Shown here in pieces: positions 41,801 through 50,100 of a DNA stretch of 64,000 nucleotides. The notes beneath the pieces were generated by a model. That model had not been told where the DNA came from. It saw only the letters and a program-made list of their open reading frames with translations, and did no database searches. The DNA is from an uncultured Aquimarina sp. (lineage in GTDB: Bacteria > Bacteroidota > Bacteroidia > Flavobacteriales > Flavobacteriaceae), in NCBI GenBank assembly GCA_947498785.1, contig CANMLS010000005.1:150951-214950 (forward strand). The letters are read 5' to 3'. The position numbers were made by a program, and so were the translations under genes. Each line of letters starts with the position of its first letter. Positions within the stretch are counted from its first letter, which is position 1.

Positions 41801-44800
41801 CCTACAATAAAGAGCTGTTGCATACTAGCAAAAAAAGACAGTAGAGAAATCAATAATTTGGTGGGATATGTGGTAGTTAATGGAGATTTTGATAAACAAA
41901 ATATTCAGAATCATTTAAAATCAAGATTACCTGATTATATGGTTCCCCGAGTATGGGTTGAGCTGGAAACAATGCCATTGACACCAAATGGAAAGATTAA
42001 TAGAAAAATGCTACCAGATCTAGAAGGGGCAGAATTATCCATGCAAGAGTTCGTGGCACCTCGAAATAACATCGAAAAACAGTTAGTTCTGGTTTGGCAA
42101 AATGTACTAAACATAGGTCAAATAGGAGTTTTTGATAATTTCTTTGAGTTAGGAGGACATTCATTATTGGCTACTCGCGTTGTTTCTGCTTTACGCAAAA
42201 CCGCACATATAGAAATGGCAATCAAGGATGTTTTTATGTACCCGACTATTGCAGAATTGGGAGAATATATTACGACAACCTCAAGAGATGCTATCCTACC
42301 ATCAATAACCGTACAAGAAAGAGTTGATAAGACTCCATTGTCTTTTAGTCAGGAGCGTTTATGGTTTGTAGATCAATTAGAGGGTAGTATTGCTTATCAT
42401 ATTCCAATAATTGTGAATCTAGAAGGAGATGTAGATGTATCTTTTGTAGAAACGTCTTTAAAAACGATACTCATGCGCCATGAATCTTTGCGAACTGTAA
42501 TTAAATCAGAGGGAGGAATTGCATATCAAGAGGTATTATCGCCTGATGATTGGAGAATGAATAAAGTTAGTATATCTGACCCATCAGAATTAGAAAATAT
42601 AGTAACTAACTATACATCTCGGCCATTTGATTTATCATCAGACTATATGTTTAGAACATGCTTATGCAAACTAAGAGAAGGAAAATACGTTTTGTCTGCT
42701 GTTTTTCATCATATTTCCAGTGATGGTTGGTCTGACGGTATTTTTATTAGCGAATTTGTAGAGTTGTATAAATCACAAAAAGAAAGACGAGAACCGCTAC
42801 TAGTAAATTTACCACTTCAATATAGAGATTATGCAATATGGCAACGTAAATATGTAGAAGGAGAAATCCTGAAAACTCAATTATCATATTGGAAAAATCA
42901 ACTTACAGGAGTATCAACACTAACTTTGCCAACCGATTATACACGACCACTAATACAAAGTACTTCAGGAGCAATACTATCATTCGAACTGGACAAGGAG
43001 TTACGTGATGTACTGGTTAATATGTGTAAAGAAGAAGGAGTTACATTGTTTATGTTTCTATTAACAGCATTTAAAGTACTGTTACATAAGTATAGTGGTC
43101 AGGAAGATATCTGTGTGGGTACTCCTATTGCTAATAGAACACAATCAGAACTGGAAAACCTGATTGGCTTTTTTGTAAATACTCTGGCAATTCGAAGTAA
43201 TTTAGGAGAAAATCCGATATTTCTTGATCTGCTAAAAGAAGTGAAATCGACTACTCTCGAAGCTTATGAGCACCAATTAGTTCCTTTTGAAAAAATGGTG
43301 GATCATGTTGTAGATATGCGTGATATGCGTACGAGTCCTTTGTTTCAAGTGTTGTTTGTGTTACAAAATACCCCAGAAGAAGAAAACCTGGGATTAGAAG
43401 GAATTACCTTGTCAACATATGAACATAAACACACAACATCAAAGTTTGATATGACTATGACCGCAGAAGATATTAAATCAGGTATATCATTGGATGTAGA
43501 ATATTGCACAGATTTGTTTACACAAGAAACAATCTCTCGCATGTTGATTCATTTTGAAGAGCTACTAAAAAACATTGTATCTAAACCTAATGAATGTATC
43601 GGGGATATACCCATATTAACAGATAAGGAAAAAGCACAGTTACTGGATACTTTTAATTTGACTCAAACCGATTACAACATTAAAAGAACAGTCATTGATT
43701 TATTTTCAGAACAAGTTAATAAAACCCCCGATTATACAGCTATTGTTTTTAAAGGAGAAGAAATCACTTATAAAGAATTAGACAAGCTTTCTAATCAGTT
43801 TGCTCATTATTTGTTGTCTAAGTATACGTTAAATCAAGAGGATTTGATAGGTGTAAAATTAGATCGTAGTGAGTGGTTAATTATTTCAATATTGGCCGTT
43901 TTAAAAACAGGGTGTGCATATGTACCTATTGATCCTAATTATCCAGAAGAAAGAATATCATATATAAAAGAAGATAGTAACAGTAAGCTTATAATAGATA
44001 AAGCTATACTGAATCAATATCAGGAAAACAAAGAAAACTATACTTCCAAAATTCCTGATATAAATATACAAGCAGATCATTTAGCTTATGTTATTTATAC
44101 CTCGGGTTCTACAGGAAAACCCAAAGGTGTACTTATAGAACATAGAAATTTAATTAATCTATGCTTATGGCATCAACAAGCATATAAAGTTACAGATCAG
44201 AGTAAAGGAGTCTTATTTTCTGGAGTCGGTTTTGATGCTTCGGTTTGGGAAATTTACCCTTATTTATTAGGAGGAGGAACACTATATCCTATACACGAGG
44301 ATGAAACTCGTTATGATATTACTTGGTTAACCGATTTTATAGTTAAGCATAAAGTGTCTCATATTTATCTTCCTTCTCAGATTTGTCATGATATGGTAGA
44401 TCAGGAGGTACTGTTAGATGGAGTTACAATTCTTACAGGAGGAGATACCCTCAAGTTAAGCAAAGAAACCTCTTTACAGATTTATAATAACTACGGTCCT
44501 ACAGAGAATACAGTAGTCAGTACTTTCTACAAACTATCAGGAAATCATGTTAATATGATTCCAATAGGTAAACCAATATCAAATACATCAGTTTATATTT
44601 TAGGATCTAATGAAGAATTGTTGCCAATCGGAGTAACTGGAGAGCTATGTGTTTCAGGGTCAGGACTTGCACGAGGGTATCTAAATCAAAAAGAGTTAAC
44701 AAAAGAGAAGTTCATAAAAAATCCTTTTATAAAGGGAGAACGAATGTATAAAACTGGTGATCTAGCCCGATGGTTACCAAATGGTACCATAGAGTTTATA

Positions 44801-46825
44801 GGAAGAAAAGATGATCAGGTTAAGATTAGAGGCTATCGTATAGAGCTAGGAGAGATAGAAAGTGTATTAGAAGAAATTCCAGAAGTTACCCAAAGTGTTG
44901 TATTAGCCAAAGAAGATACACAAGGTAATAAGCGTTTGGTAGGGTATGTTGTAAGAGAAGACAATACAGATAAAGAAGAACTGAAGAATTATCTGCACAC
45001 TAAATTACCAGAGTATATGGTTCCAAGATTATGGGTAGTAATCGAAGCCATACCATTAACTAATAATGGCAAGATAGATAAAAAGGCATTACCAGATCCT
45101 GATATGAGTGATCTTGTCAAAGATTATGTGGCTCCACAAACCGAAATCGAAAAACAATTGTCAGAAATATGGCAAAATGTATTAGGTGTAAAGAAGGTGG
45201 GAATACATGATAATTTCTTTGAGCTAGGAGGGGATTCTATCATTACAATCCAGGTAGTTAGTCGAGCAAAACATTTTGGAATAGTAATGCAACCTAGGGA
45301 TTTGTTTAAACATCAGACGATTTCAGAACTATCAGAAGCAATACAAAATGGAGCATCACTAGTTATTGGAGAACAAGGAATACTAACTGGTGAAAGTGAT
45401 TTGTTACCGATTCAGCGGTGGTATTTTGATACTTCCTATTCAACGTTGAAAAACGCTCAATACAATCAGACTCTTTTACTCTCTATTGATAAGAGTATGG
45501 CAATTTCATCTATAGAGGAAATGGTACAAACGATAGTAAATCATCATGATGCCCTTCGTTTTTTATATCATAAGGAAGAAGGAGGTTGGAAACAGGTTTA
45601 TAAAAACGACCCTAATCAGTTGATAATAGAAGACCTTAGTTCGATACCAGTAGATAACGTGTCAGAATCGATAACGACGGTTTGTGAATTTTATCAGCGT
45701 AGTTTATCAATAGAAAAAGGAGAGATATTTAAAATAATTTTAATTAAAACGGCAAAAACAGAACATAAAAACCGCCTATTCATTGTAGCACATCATTTGG
45801 TGGTTGATGGAGTCTCATGGCGTATTTTGATACAGGATTTAACTCTTATTTTAAAATCTCTTCAAGATAATTCAGTATTCGATTTGGGGTCTAAAAGCAG
45901 TTCTTTTCGTCAATGGGTACATTGTTTGAAAGAATATGCAACCAATAAAGCTTTTTTTACTCAACAATCTTATTGGTCTACTATTATTAATTCTTATAAA
46001 TCCCTACCGGTAGATTACAAGGACAGAGACCAACAGAATAGAAGTAGTGTTCGTGAATGCCATATGGTACTCGAAAAAGAGTTGACAACCTCATTATTAC
46101 AAGAAACTCATAAGGCTTATGGAACAGAAATTAATGATATTCTCTTAAGCTGTTTGGCATTAACCATAGGTAATTGGTCTGGTTTTGAAAAAGTAGTGAT
46201 AGGCTTAGAAGGGCATGGTCGTGAAGATATATCAAAAACGATTGATCTAAGCAATACGGTAGGGTGGTTTACGAATTTATACCCTATAAGCTTATCAGTA
46301 TCACCAGAGTTCTCTTTAGCCGATATTATTAAATCTGTAAAGGAAGAACTTCGTAGTATTCCAGATAAAGGAATAGGGTACGGAGCGTTAAAATACTTAC
46401 ACCCAGAACTATCGATTAGAGAATCATTATCAGGAACACATTGGGATATAATATTTAATTATCTGGGACAATTTGATAATGTTATTGAAAATGAATCTGT
46501 TATCAATATAGCTGAAGAGTCCTCAGGGAAAGATGTGGGTGATCAGGTTGTGTTTTGTAACAAGTTAGAAATCAATGGTTCAGTAAATGATGGGGTATTG
46601 GTATTGACATGGAATTACTCTGAAAATCAATACGACCCTAGTACAATAAAAAAATTATCAGATTCATATTTATCTAATCTAAAGATGTTAATTCTTCACT
46701 GTATATCGAAAGAAGGAAGAGACTTTACTCCTTCAGATTATGGATTAGGAAAAGAGGTTGGTTATCAGGAACTAGACACGTTTTTAAATGAAGATTTAGA
46801 TTCAGAAGAGCTTTTAAAAATTTAA
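32624..46825 (+). CDS. NRPS, four modules plus terminal epimerase: docking-C-A(Thr)-T-C*-A(Leu-like)-T-C-A(diamino-acid-like)-T-C-A(Leu-like)-T-E (4733 aa)
   Basis: Uninterrupted 14.2 kb ORF starting 10 nt after the upstream stop. Confidence 0.95.
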   Translation: MSKKILDLLKRLHKEGIKIELDQGSLSIKSKQDSIESIYLEEIKTYKQDIISYLEKHQSSTEKNSNLLKKSITPFDRKSINKFPLSFSQERLWFIDQLEGSVAYHIPVVLRLQGDLSVSNLQSSLKEILSRHEVLRTIIKTEEGEGSQELLFPDDWSMDVIKAMPSFDMDNVLKNFIDQPFDLSKDYMMRACLYQLTTDDYLLAVVFHHISSDGWSDIILINEFVELYAAKKEKRSPSLNELSLQYIDYALWQREYIKDEVLDEELSYWKNQLTGISPLLLPTDYQRPLIKSNSGSGFSYELDVQLSNAISKLCKEQQVTSFMVLLSAFKIILARYSHQQDICVGIPIANRTQAELEELIGCFINSLALRSTIDNELLFIDLLQEVKKTTLEAYDHQLIPFEKVVDHVVDSRDMSTSPLFQVMFVLQNTHSETEIKLDGLTLSPYEQKNTTAKFDLTFTIEETASGFSLWVEYCTDLFKKETIQRMVVHYEELLKNIAQNPEIKVSNLSMITETEKKEQLSSLTTTSINYPLDQTVVSLFENQAQQNPDAIAVVYEDDKLTYKELNERSNQLANYLIAIGLEREELVPICVERSLDMIVGMIGVMKAGGVYVPLDSSMPKDRIDFILEDTQAQVMLTQSSLFSFFKENNSIKRIFLDQLAYKEYSISETKIKILPEHLIYVIYTSGTTGVPKGVLLEHRNVVRLFFNDNTLFDFNKQDVWSMFHSFSFDFSVWEMYGALLYGGKLVIVPKSHTLDTALFSKFIEKEGITVLNQTPSAFKVLQEEALTKNMKSSIRYLIFGGEALNPSILEEWNVVYPDCKIINMYGITETTVHVTYKEITEKEIEKNVSNIGTSLPTLGCLVLDENQQIVPIGVAGELYVLGAGVARGYLNRPELTKERFRKLSLEGLNETPSYRSGDLVRMLDTGELEYLGRIDTQVKIRGYRIELGEIEVQLEKLTSIKQSVVLAKEDKNGNKRLVAYIVSEQKINREEIIEELGNKLPEYMVPQLYVPLESFPLTSNGKINRKSFPEPPENAFIRDEYIASENEEQEILVEIWKNHLNLNTVGITDDYFRIGGDSITMIRLISEVNKKFEAAIKIASFYANPTIKGLSKLIYIESSEEKEKLILEIDNYLEQLHQDVRNAHPDSDCIEAVYPMSDIQKGMLITSQKGIESGDFGIYHDQFVDQIPLVDIELLQKSLHLLVAKHETLRTGFDFYDFEEPIQIIYIQVDNTIGYDDISKKETSEKEKYIKDFLLKERKFNPFQINSAPLWRINIFKVNDTEMIFVIQFHHAILDGWSEKSLKVELFNTYEILKQKPLYIPIPLRCKMRDSILSDSVEQQHTENKEYWKKELEGFKRLNIFTEESKIEMITKDYDDDFKDKLLEQCKNDGIYPKALFFSAYIYVLSMLSGEKDVTVGIVTNRRPMVDDGDKLLGCFLNTIPFRFEISSDIENWREYIQLVDQKIKELKGKDRLSLLEISKQTGHIHYNNPYFDVLFNFVDFHVFNQIENKTLLTQELKEKINIEDDFERTNTFLDLNVSLTFNRLQVGITQSRTLKSGHSIEDFYRYFDEFLNNYLNAGHKELDSTSLLQESEKIELIEVFNKTKTSYPKTKTIVDLFVDQVSKTPNHIAIVFEGKEITYKNLDELSNQLAHYLLSNYEIKIEDLIGVKLDRSEWLVISMLAILKTGCAYIPIDPSYPQERISYIIQDSKSKIVIDEVFLQKYKQSAKVEKIVLPKANIHSDNLAYVIYTSGSTGKPKGVLVEHSSLVNLCIWHQETYSVTEQSRGALFSGVGFDASVWEIYPYLLKGGTLYPINKKEERYDIFWLIDFITAHKVSHIYLPSQVCQDIVDEEVVLNGITILTGGDTLKLTKATSLQIYNNYGPTENTVVTSFYKLPENYINTIPIGKPISNTSIYILGSANELLPLGVVGELCVSGAGVARGYLNKENLTNEKFISNPFVKGERIYKTGDLAKWLPDGNIEFIGRKDDQVKIRGYRIELGEIENLLQEIPEVFQSIVLAKKDIYGNRRLIGYLVTEKALDKKSIQDCLQSKLPDYMIPKLWVELESLPITSNGKIDKKSLPDFDESELSAQNYVAPQNKIEENLCKIWQDLLGIERVGIYDNFFELGGHSLLATRLISILRKSMELEVKIKDIFEYTTVSELGNYISKKSNGRLLPQIVKQKPNKDIPLSYSQERLWFLDQLQGSVEYHIPILLKIQGDVDVQDMESTLKEIITRHEILRTVIKSDEGVGYQKVIPAEDWKMDIIKTASLESLENSVTSFIEQPFDLSNDYMFRACLLKQEEGEYILAVVIHHISSDGWSYNILVKELVELYASKKENRNSRLNDLSLQYSDYALWQRKYLDGDILETQLSYWENQLQDVPPLMFPTDYTRPSIQSTAGSELSITLDKKLRDALNALAKEEGVTLFMVLLTAFKIVLYRYSGQKDICVGTSIANRTQAELEGIIGFFVNSLAIRTDLDDNPTFSDLLNQVKTTTLEAYEHQSVPFEKVVDRVLNTRDMSKSPLFQVMFELQNVPISEELELDGLRLSPYETKTNTAKFDFTVTSFDTGTNLLIDIEYCTALFREETIQRMMNHYKEILKGIVENSNTKIDTLSMLSKEEKRQLLYGFNDTITDYPLDKTVVDIFKDKVKEIPDAIAVIHEEEILTYRALDERSNQLAHYLRSQGVGKDILVGICLERSLDMIIGILAVFKAGGAYVPMKPDYPESRINYILNEIRSTIVLTDIVSAAVIPLAESRNIFALDANKDMLSEYPITPLSISISPSSLSYVIYTSGSTGKPKGAMIEHKGMLNHLYAKIEGLDMNAESVVAFTAPFTFDISVWQIFSTLIIGGKIIVYKEEYVQDPLLLLNSIEKEDVNILQIVPSYVSSLLEIDSNDVLNQLKYFIVTGEAVSASLLTAWFEKYPTIPVANAYGPTEASDDVSTHFMYEAPDVLNVSIGKPMSNMQLYVVDQSNNLCPIGVQGELWVSGVGVGRGYLNDEEKTDKSFITNPFINTERVYKTGDLAKWLPDGSLEYLGRIDDQVKVRGHRIELGEIENVLSKEPTIKSCCILAKKDSREINNLVGYVVVNGDFDKQNIQNHLKSRLPDYMVPRVWVELETMPLTPNGKINRKMLPDLEGAELSMQEFVAPRNNIEKQLVLVWQNVLNIGQIGVFDNFFELGGHSLLATRVVSALRKTAHIEMAIKDVFMYPTIAELGEYITTTSRDAILPSITVQERVDKTPLSFSQERLWFVDQLEGSIAYHIPIIVNLEGDVDVSFVETSLKTILMRHESLRTVIKSEGGIAYQEVLSPDDWRMNKVSISDPSELENIVTNYTSRPFDLSSDYMFRTCLCKLREGKYVLSAVFHHISSDGWSDGIFISEFVELYKSQKERREPLLVNLPLQYRDYAIWQRKYVEGEILKTQLSYWKNQLTGVSTLTLPTDYTRPLIQSTSGAILSFELDKELRDVLVNMCKEEGVTLFMFLLTAFKVLLHKYSGQEDICVGTPIANRTQSELENLIGFFVNTLAIRSNLGENPIFLDLLKEVKSTTLEAYEHQLVPFEKMVDHVVDMRDMRTSPLFQVLFVLQNTPEEENLGLEGITLSTYEHKHTTSKFDMTMTAEDIKSGISLDVEYCTDLFTQETISRMLIHFEELLKNIVSKPNECIGDIPILTDKEKAQLLDTFNLTQTDYNIKRTVIDLFSEQVNKTPDYTAIVFKGEEITYKELDKLSNQFAHYLLSKYTLNQEDLIGVKLDRSEWLIISILAVLKTGCAYVPIDPNYPEERISYIKEDSNSKLIIDKAILNQYQENKENYTSKIPDINIQADHLAYVIYTSGSTGKPKGVLIEHRNLINLCLWHQQAYKVTDQSKGVLFSGVGFDASVWEIYPYLLGGGTLYPIHEDETRYDITWLTDFIVKHKVSHIYLPSQICHDMVDQEVLLDGVTILTGGDTLKLSKETSLQIYNNYGPTENTVVSTFYKLSGNHVNMIPIGKPISNTSVYILGSNEELLPIGVTGELCVSGSGLARGYLNQKELTKEKFIKNPFIKGERMYKTGDLARWLPNGTIEFIGRKDDQVKIRGYRIELGEIESVLEEIPEVTQSVVLAKEDTQGNKRLVGYVVREDNTDKEELKNYLHTKLPEYMVPRLWVVIEAIPLTNNGKIDKKALPDPDMSDLVKDYVAPQTEIEKQLSEIWQNVLGVKKVGIHDNFFELGGDSIITIQVVSRAKHFGIVMQPRDLFKHQTISELSEAIQNGASLVIGEQGILTGESDLLPIQRWYFDTSYSTLKNAQYNQTLLLSIDKSMAISSIEEMVQTIVNHHDALRFLYHKEEGGWKQVYKNDPNQLIIEDLSSIPVDNVSESITTVCEFYQRSLSIEKGEIFKIILIKTAKTEHKNRLFIVAHHLVVDGVSWRILIQDLTLILKSLQDNSVFDLGSKSSSFRQWVHCLKEYATNKAFFTQQSYWSTIINSYKSLPVDYKDRDQQNRSSVRECHMVLEKELTTSLLQETHKAYGTEINDILLSCLALTIGNWSGFEKVVIGLEGHGREDISKTIDLSNTVGWFTNLYPISLSVSPEFSLADIIKSVKEELRSIPDKGIGYGALKYLHPELSIRESLSGTHWDIIFNYLGQFDNVIENESVINIAEESSGKDVGDQVVFCNKLEINGSVNDGVLVLTWNYSENQYDPSTIKKLSDSYLSNLKMLILHCISKEGRDFTPSDYGLGKEVGYQELDTFLNEDLDSEELLKI
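32870..35960 (+). other. NRPS module 4: C-A-T, A code DFWNIGMVHK (canonical Thr); T domain has GGDSI
   Basis: PLSFSQERLWFIDQL, HHISSDGWS, YTSGTTGVPKG, SFDFSVWE, LNQTPSAF, LIFGGEA and NMYGITETTVHVT. T-domain motif FRIGGDSITMIRL, Ser codon 35855-35857. Confidence 0.8.
36077..37400 (+). other. Atypical condensation domain (C*) downstream of the Thr module
   Basis: It starts AVYPMSDIQKGMLITSQKG instead of the PLSFSQERLWF form used by the other elongation C domains. The His motif is intact (FHHAILDGWS, 36487-36516). Confidence 0.7.
37430..39120 (+). other. NRPS module 5 A-T, A code DAWYLGNVVK (Leu-like)
   Basis: GFDASVWE, SHIYLPSQV, ILTGGDT, NNYGPTENTVVT, and T-domain Ser codon 39011-39013. Confidence 0.75.
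39181..42270 (+). other. NRPS module 6: C-A-T, A code DIWQITADDK (diamino-acid-like)
   Basis: PLSYSQERLWFLDQL, HHISSDGWS, FTFDISVWQ, NAYGPTEASDD, and T-domain Ser codon 42161-42163. Confidence 0.8.
42331..45340 (+). other. NRPS module 7: C-A-T, A code DAWYLGNVVK (Leu-like); T domain has GGDSI
   Basis: PLSFSQERLWFVDQL, HHISSDGWS, GFDASVWE, NNYGPTENTVVS and FFELGGDSIITIQV (Ser codon 45236-45238). Confidence 0.8.
45370..46825 (+). other. Epimerization (E) domain
   Basis: LLPIQRWYFD, NQTLLLSI, HHDALRF, VAHHLVVDGVSWRIL, EGHGRE and FNYLGQFD. The upstream T domain is of the GGDSI type. Confidence 0.85.
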
Positions 46826-46901
46826 TGCAAGAACTAAGGATGTATATATTATTCATCGCATAATTAATTTATAATCAATTAATTAGTAAATATTTAAGCA
46901 C

Positions 46902-47100
46902 ATGAAAAAAATAGAGGACTTTATTAGTCAATTGGCAATCTATGGTTTGTTTTTGAATGAAAAAAATGAGGAACTAACTTTAAAAAAACATAAAAATAAG
47001 TCAAATGTTAAGTTTTATGACCTAAAAGAAGATAAACTTAATATTATAGACTTTTTAAAAAATAATAAGGAAAGCCTAATCACATTTTTAAAGGAAGAAA
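46902..47100 (+). other. Divergent N-terminal docking region
   Basis: IEDFISQLAIYGLFLNEKNEELTLKK...IIDFLKNNKESLITFLKEE has the same overall pattern as the other two N-termini but is much more diverged. Confidence 0.4.
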
Positions 47101-50100
47101 ATAAAAAGGGTGAAGAAGTAGAAAAAATAAATGATAAAATTTATAAACTAAGCCCGCTTCAGGAAGGAATGCTTTTTCATAGTCTATATGATGAAGATGC
47201 AAAAGCGTACATAGTGCAATTGGCTGTTGATTTTCCGCAAGGTGTAAATGTGGTTATTTTAAAAGCTGCTTGGGATTATGTTCTGAAAAATCACAGTATA
47301 CTAAGAAGTGCTTTTTTTTACAAGGAATTAAGTATCCCTGTACAGCGAGTGTATAACAAAATAGAACTACCTTTTGAAGAGTTGGACTATAGTATGCACT
47401 CTGGAATAGAGTTAGAAGAAAAAGTAAATTCTTTTTTAGAAACTGATAGTCAATCAGGGTTCTCATTTGCAGAACCACCATTACTACGTGTTACACTTAT
47501 TAAAACTGGAAAAATATCTAGCAAGATGGTTTTTACCAATCATCATATTTTATTCGATGGGTGGTCTGTGCCAATTATTTTAGAAGAACTCTTTGCTGCA
47601 TATGAATCTATGTTTAAAGAGCTAGAGCCTCCAGTAAAAAAGAAAGATGAATATGAAGACTATATAAAGTATATAGATAGTAAGGATATTGTTGAAGAAG
47701 AAATTTTTTGGAAAAACTATATTAAGAATTTAGAAGATCCCTGTTTGTTACCTTTTTCAAAAGCAGGATTATCCAGAAACAAGGCAATTGGAGATTTTAA
47801 AGAAGTATTGTTATCAATAGACTCGAGGTTTACAGAAGAACTTAAAAATTATGCACAGCAAAATCGATTAACAGTAAATACACTCATTCAGGGAGTCTGG
47901 TCCCTACTATTATCAAAATATACCAATAATAGCTCTATTGTATATGGAGTAACAGTATCAGGGCGACCAGCAGAGTTAGAAAATTCTGAGCAACGTGTTG
48001 GTCTATATATCAATACACTACCATTATATTCTAGAGTAGAAGGAGAAATGTTGATCATAGACTGGCTTTTAGAATTACAATCAGGTCATGCAGCTTGTAG
48101 AGATCATCAATACACAAGTCTGTCCAAAATTCAGAAATTAAAAGGTATTCAGGGAGACTTGTTTGATAGTATTTTGGTATTTGAAAATTATCCAATATCA
48201 AAGACACTCTCTGAAGGTGAAAACATTCTGGAAGTAAATAATGTAGTGGTTAAGGAACAAGCCAATTATTTATTAAATATAGCCGTTAATCTTGGAGAGG
48301 AACTTGGAATTAATTTTAGTTATAATGCTTCGCTATTAAAAGATAGTACTGTTAAGATGATTTTAAATCATTTTAGATGTGCATTACAACAAATAATAGA
48401 TCCTTCGACTAGTAAAATCTCAGAAATTAACATCTTAACAGAAAACGAAAAAGATGAAATATTGTATGTGTTTAATAAGACCAAAATAGATTATACACAG
48501 AATAAAACAATAATAGATGTATTTGAAGAACAGGTACAAAAAACTCCTGATAAAATAGCAATAAAGTATAAAGGTAAAGATCTTACATATAAAGAATTGA
48601 ATCATAAATCTAATTGTTTGGCTAATTATTTGTTATCCAACTATGACATTAAGGCAGAAGATTTATTAGGGGTTAAGTTAGAAAGAAGTGAACTATTGAT
48701 ATGTGCTTTATTATCAATTCTAAAAACAGGAGCTGCGTATGTTCCTATTGATTTTAATTATCCAAAAGAGAGAATTTTGTTTATCCAGAATGATACCAAT
48801 TGTAGAGTAATCATAGATGAAGATTTTCTAAAAGAATACAATAAAAAAACTCATGATGATACATCGCCAAAACAAGTAATATTCTCAAATCATCTTGCTT
48901 ATGTGATGTACACTTCGGGCTCTACAGGAAAACCAAAAGGAACAATGATAGAACATAAAAGTATCGTTAGTCTTACAAAATCTTGCGACTATATTCCTTT
49001 AAATTCTCAAACCAAATGGTTGTCTACAGGATCTGTTTCTTTTGATGCAACTACTATAGAATTTTGGGGAACACTGCTCAGTGGTGGAACATTAATTATT
49101 ACTGATAAAAATACATTATTAGATAGTGATCAACTAAAAGATGTCATTAGAAAAGAGAAGGTAAATACCTTGTGGATGACAGCTTCATGGTTTCATCAAA
49201 CCGTAGAAGAAGATTTGTCAGTTTTTGAAAACATAAAATATCTTATAGTCGGAGGAGATAAAGTTATTTTTAAATATACTAATAAGTTGCTTTCGAGTTA
49301 TCCAAACATAAAAATCACTAATGGTTATGGGCCGACAGAAAACACAACTTTTTCAACAACATTTCCTATTGAAGAAAAAGTTAATAAAGATCTTCCTATA
49401 GGAAAACCTGTAAAAGATTGCCAAGCATATGTTTATGATGAATCGTTATCCTTTTTACAACCGGTAGGGGTAGCAGGAGAGTTGTGTCTGGGAGGAGCTG
49501 GATTAGCAAGAGGGTATTTGCATCAAGAAAGCTTAACAAATGAAAAATTTATTCCAAACCCGATTGTCGAAGAAGAAAGGTTATATCGCACTGGAGATAT
49601 AGTAAAATGGTTACCAGAGGGTAATATAGAATTTTTGGGAAGAAAAGATGATCAGATTAAGATTAGAGGGTATCGTATTGAATTAGGAGAAATAAATAAT
49701 CTAATACAAGAGATTACCGAAATTAGTCAATCTCTTGTAATTGCTAAAGAAGATGATAATCAAAATAAACAATTAATAGCCTATGTGGTTTATAAAAAAC
49801 CATTGGACAAAGAATTTATTAAAGAATATCTTCGATCAAAATTGCCAAGTTATATGATTCCTCAATTATGGGTAGAATTGGATGTCATGCCTTTGACTAA
49901 TAACGGTAAGATAAATATAAAGGCTTTACCAGATCCAGAGATGTCTCATTTAGCAAAAGACTATGTTGCTCCACGTAATGAAACAGAAGAGAAATTAGCA
50001 ATAATTTGGCAGGATTTATTAAGGGTTTCCAAAGTAGGTGTCTATGATAATTTCTTTGATTTAGGAGGACATTCTTTATTAGCAACTCGATTGGTGTCTG

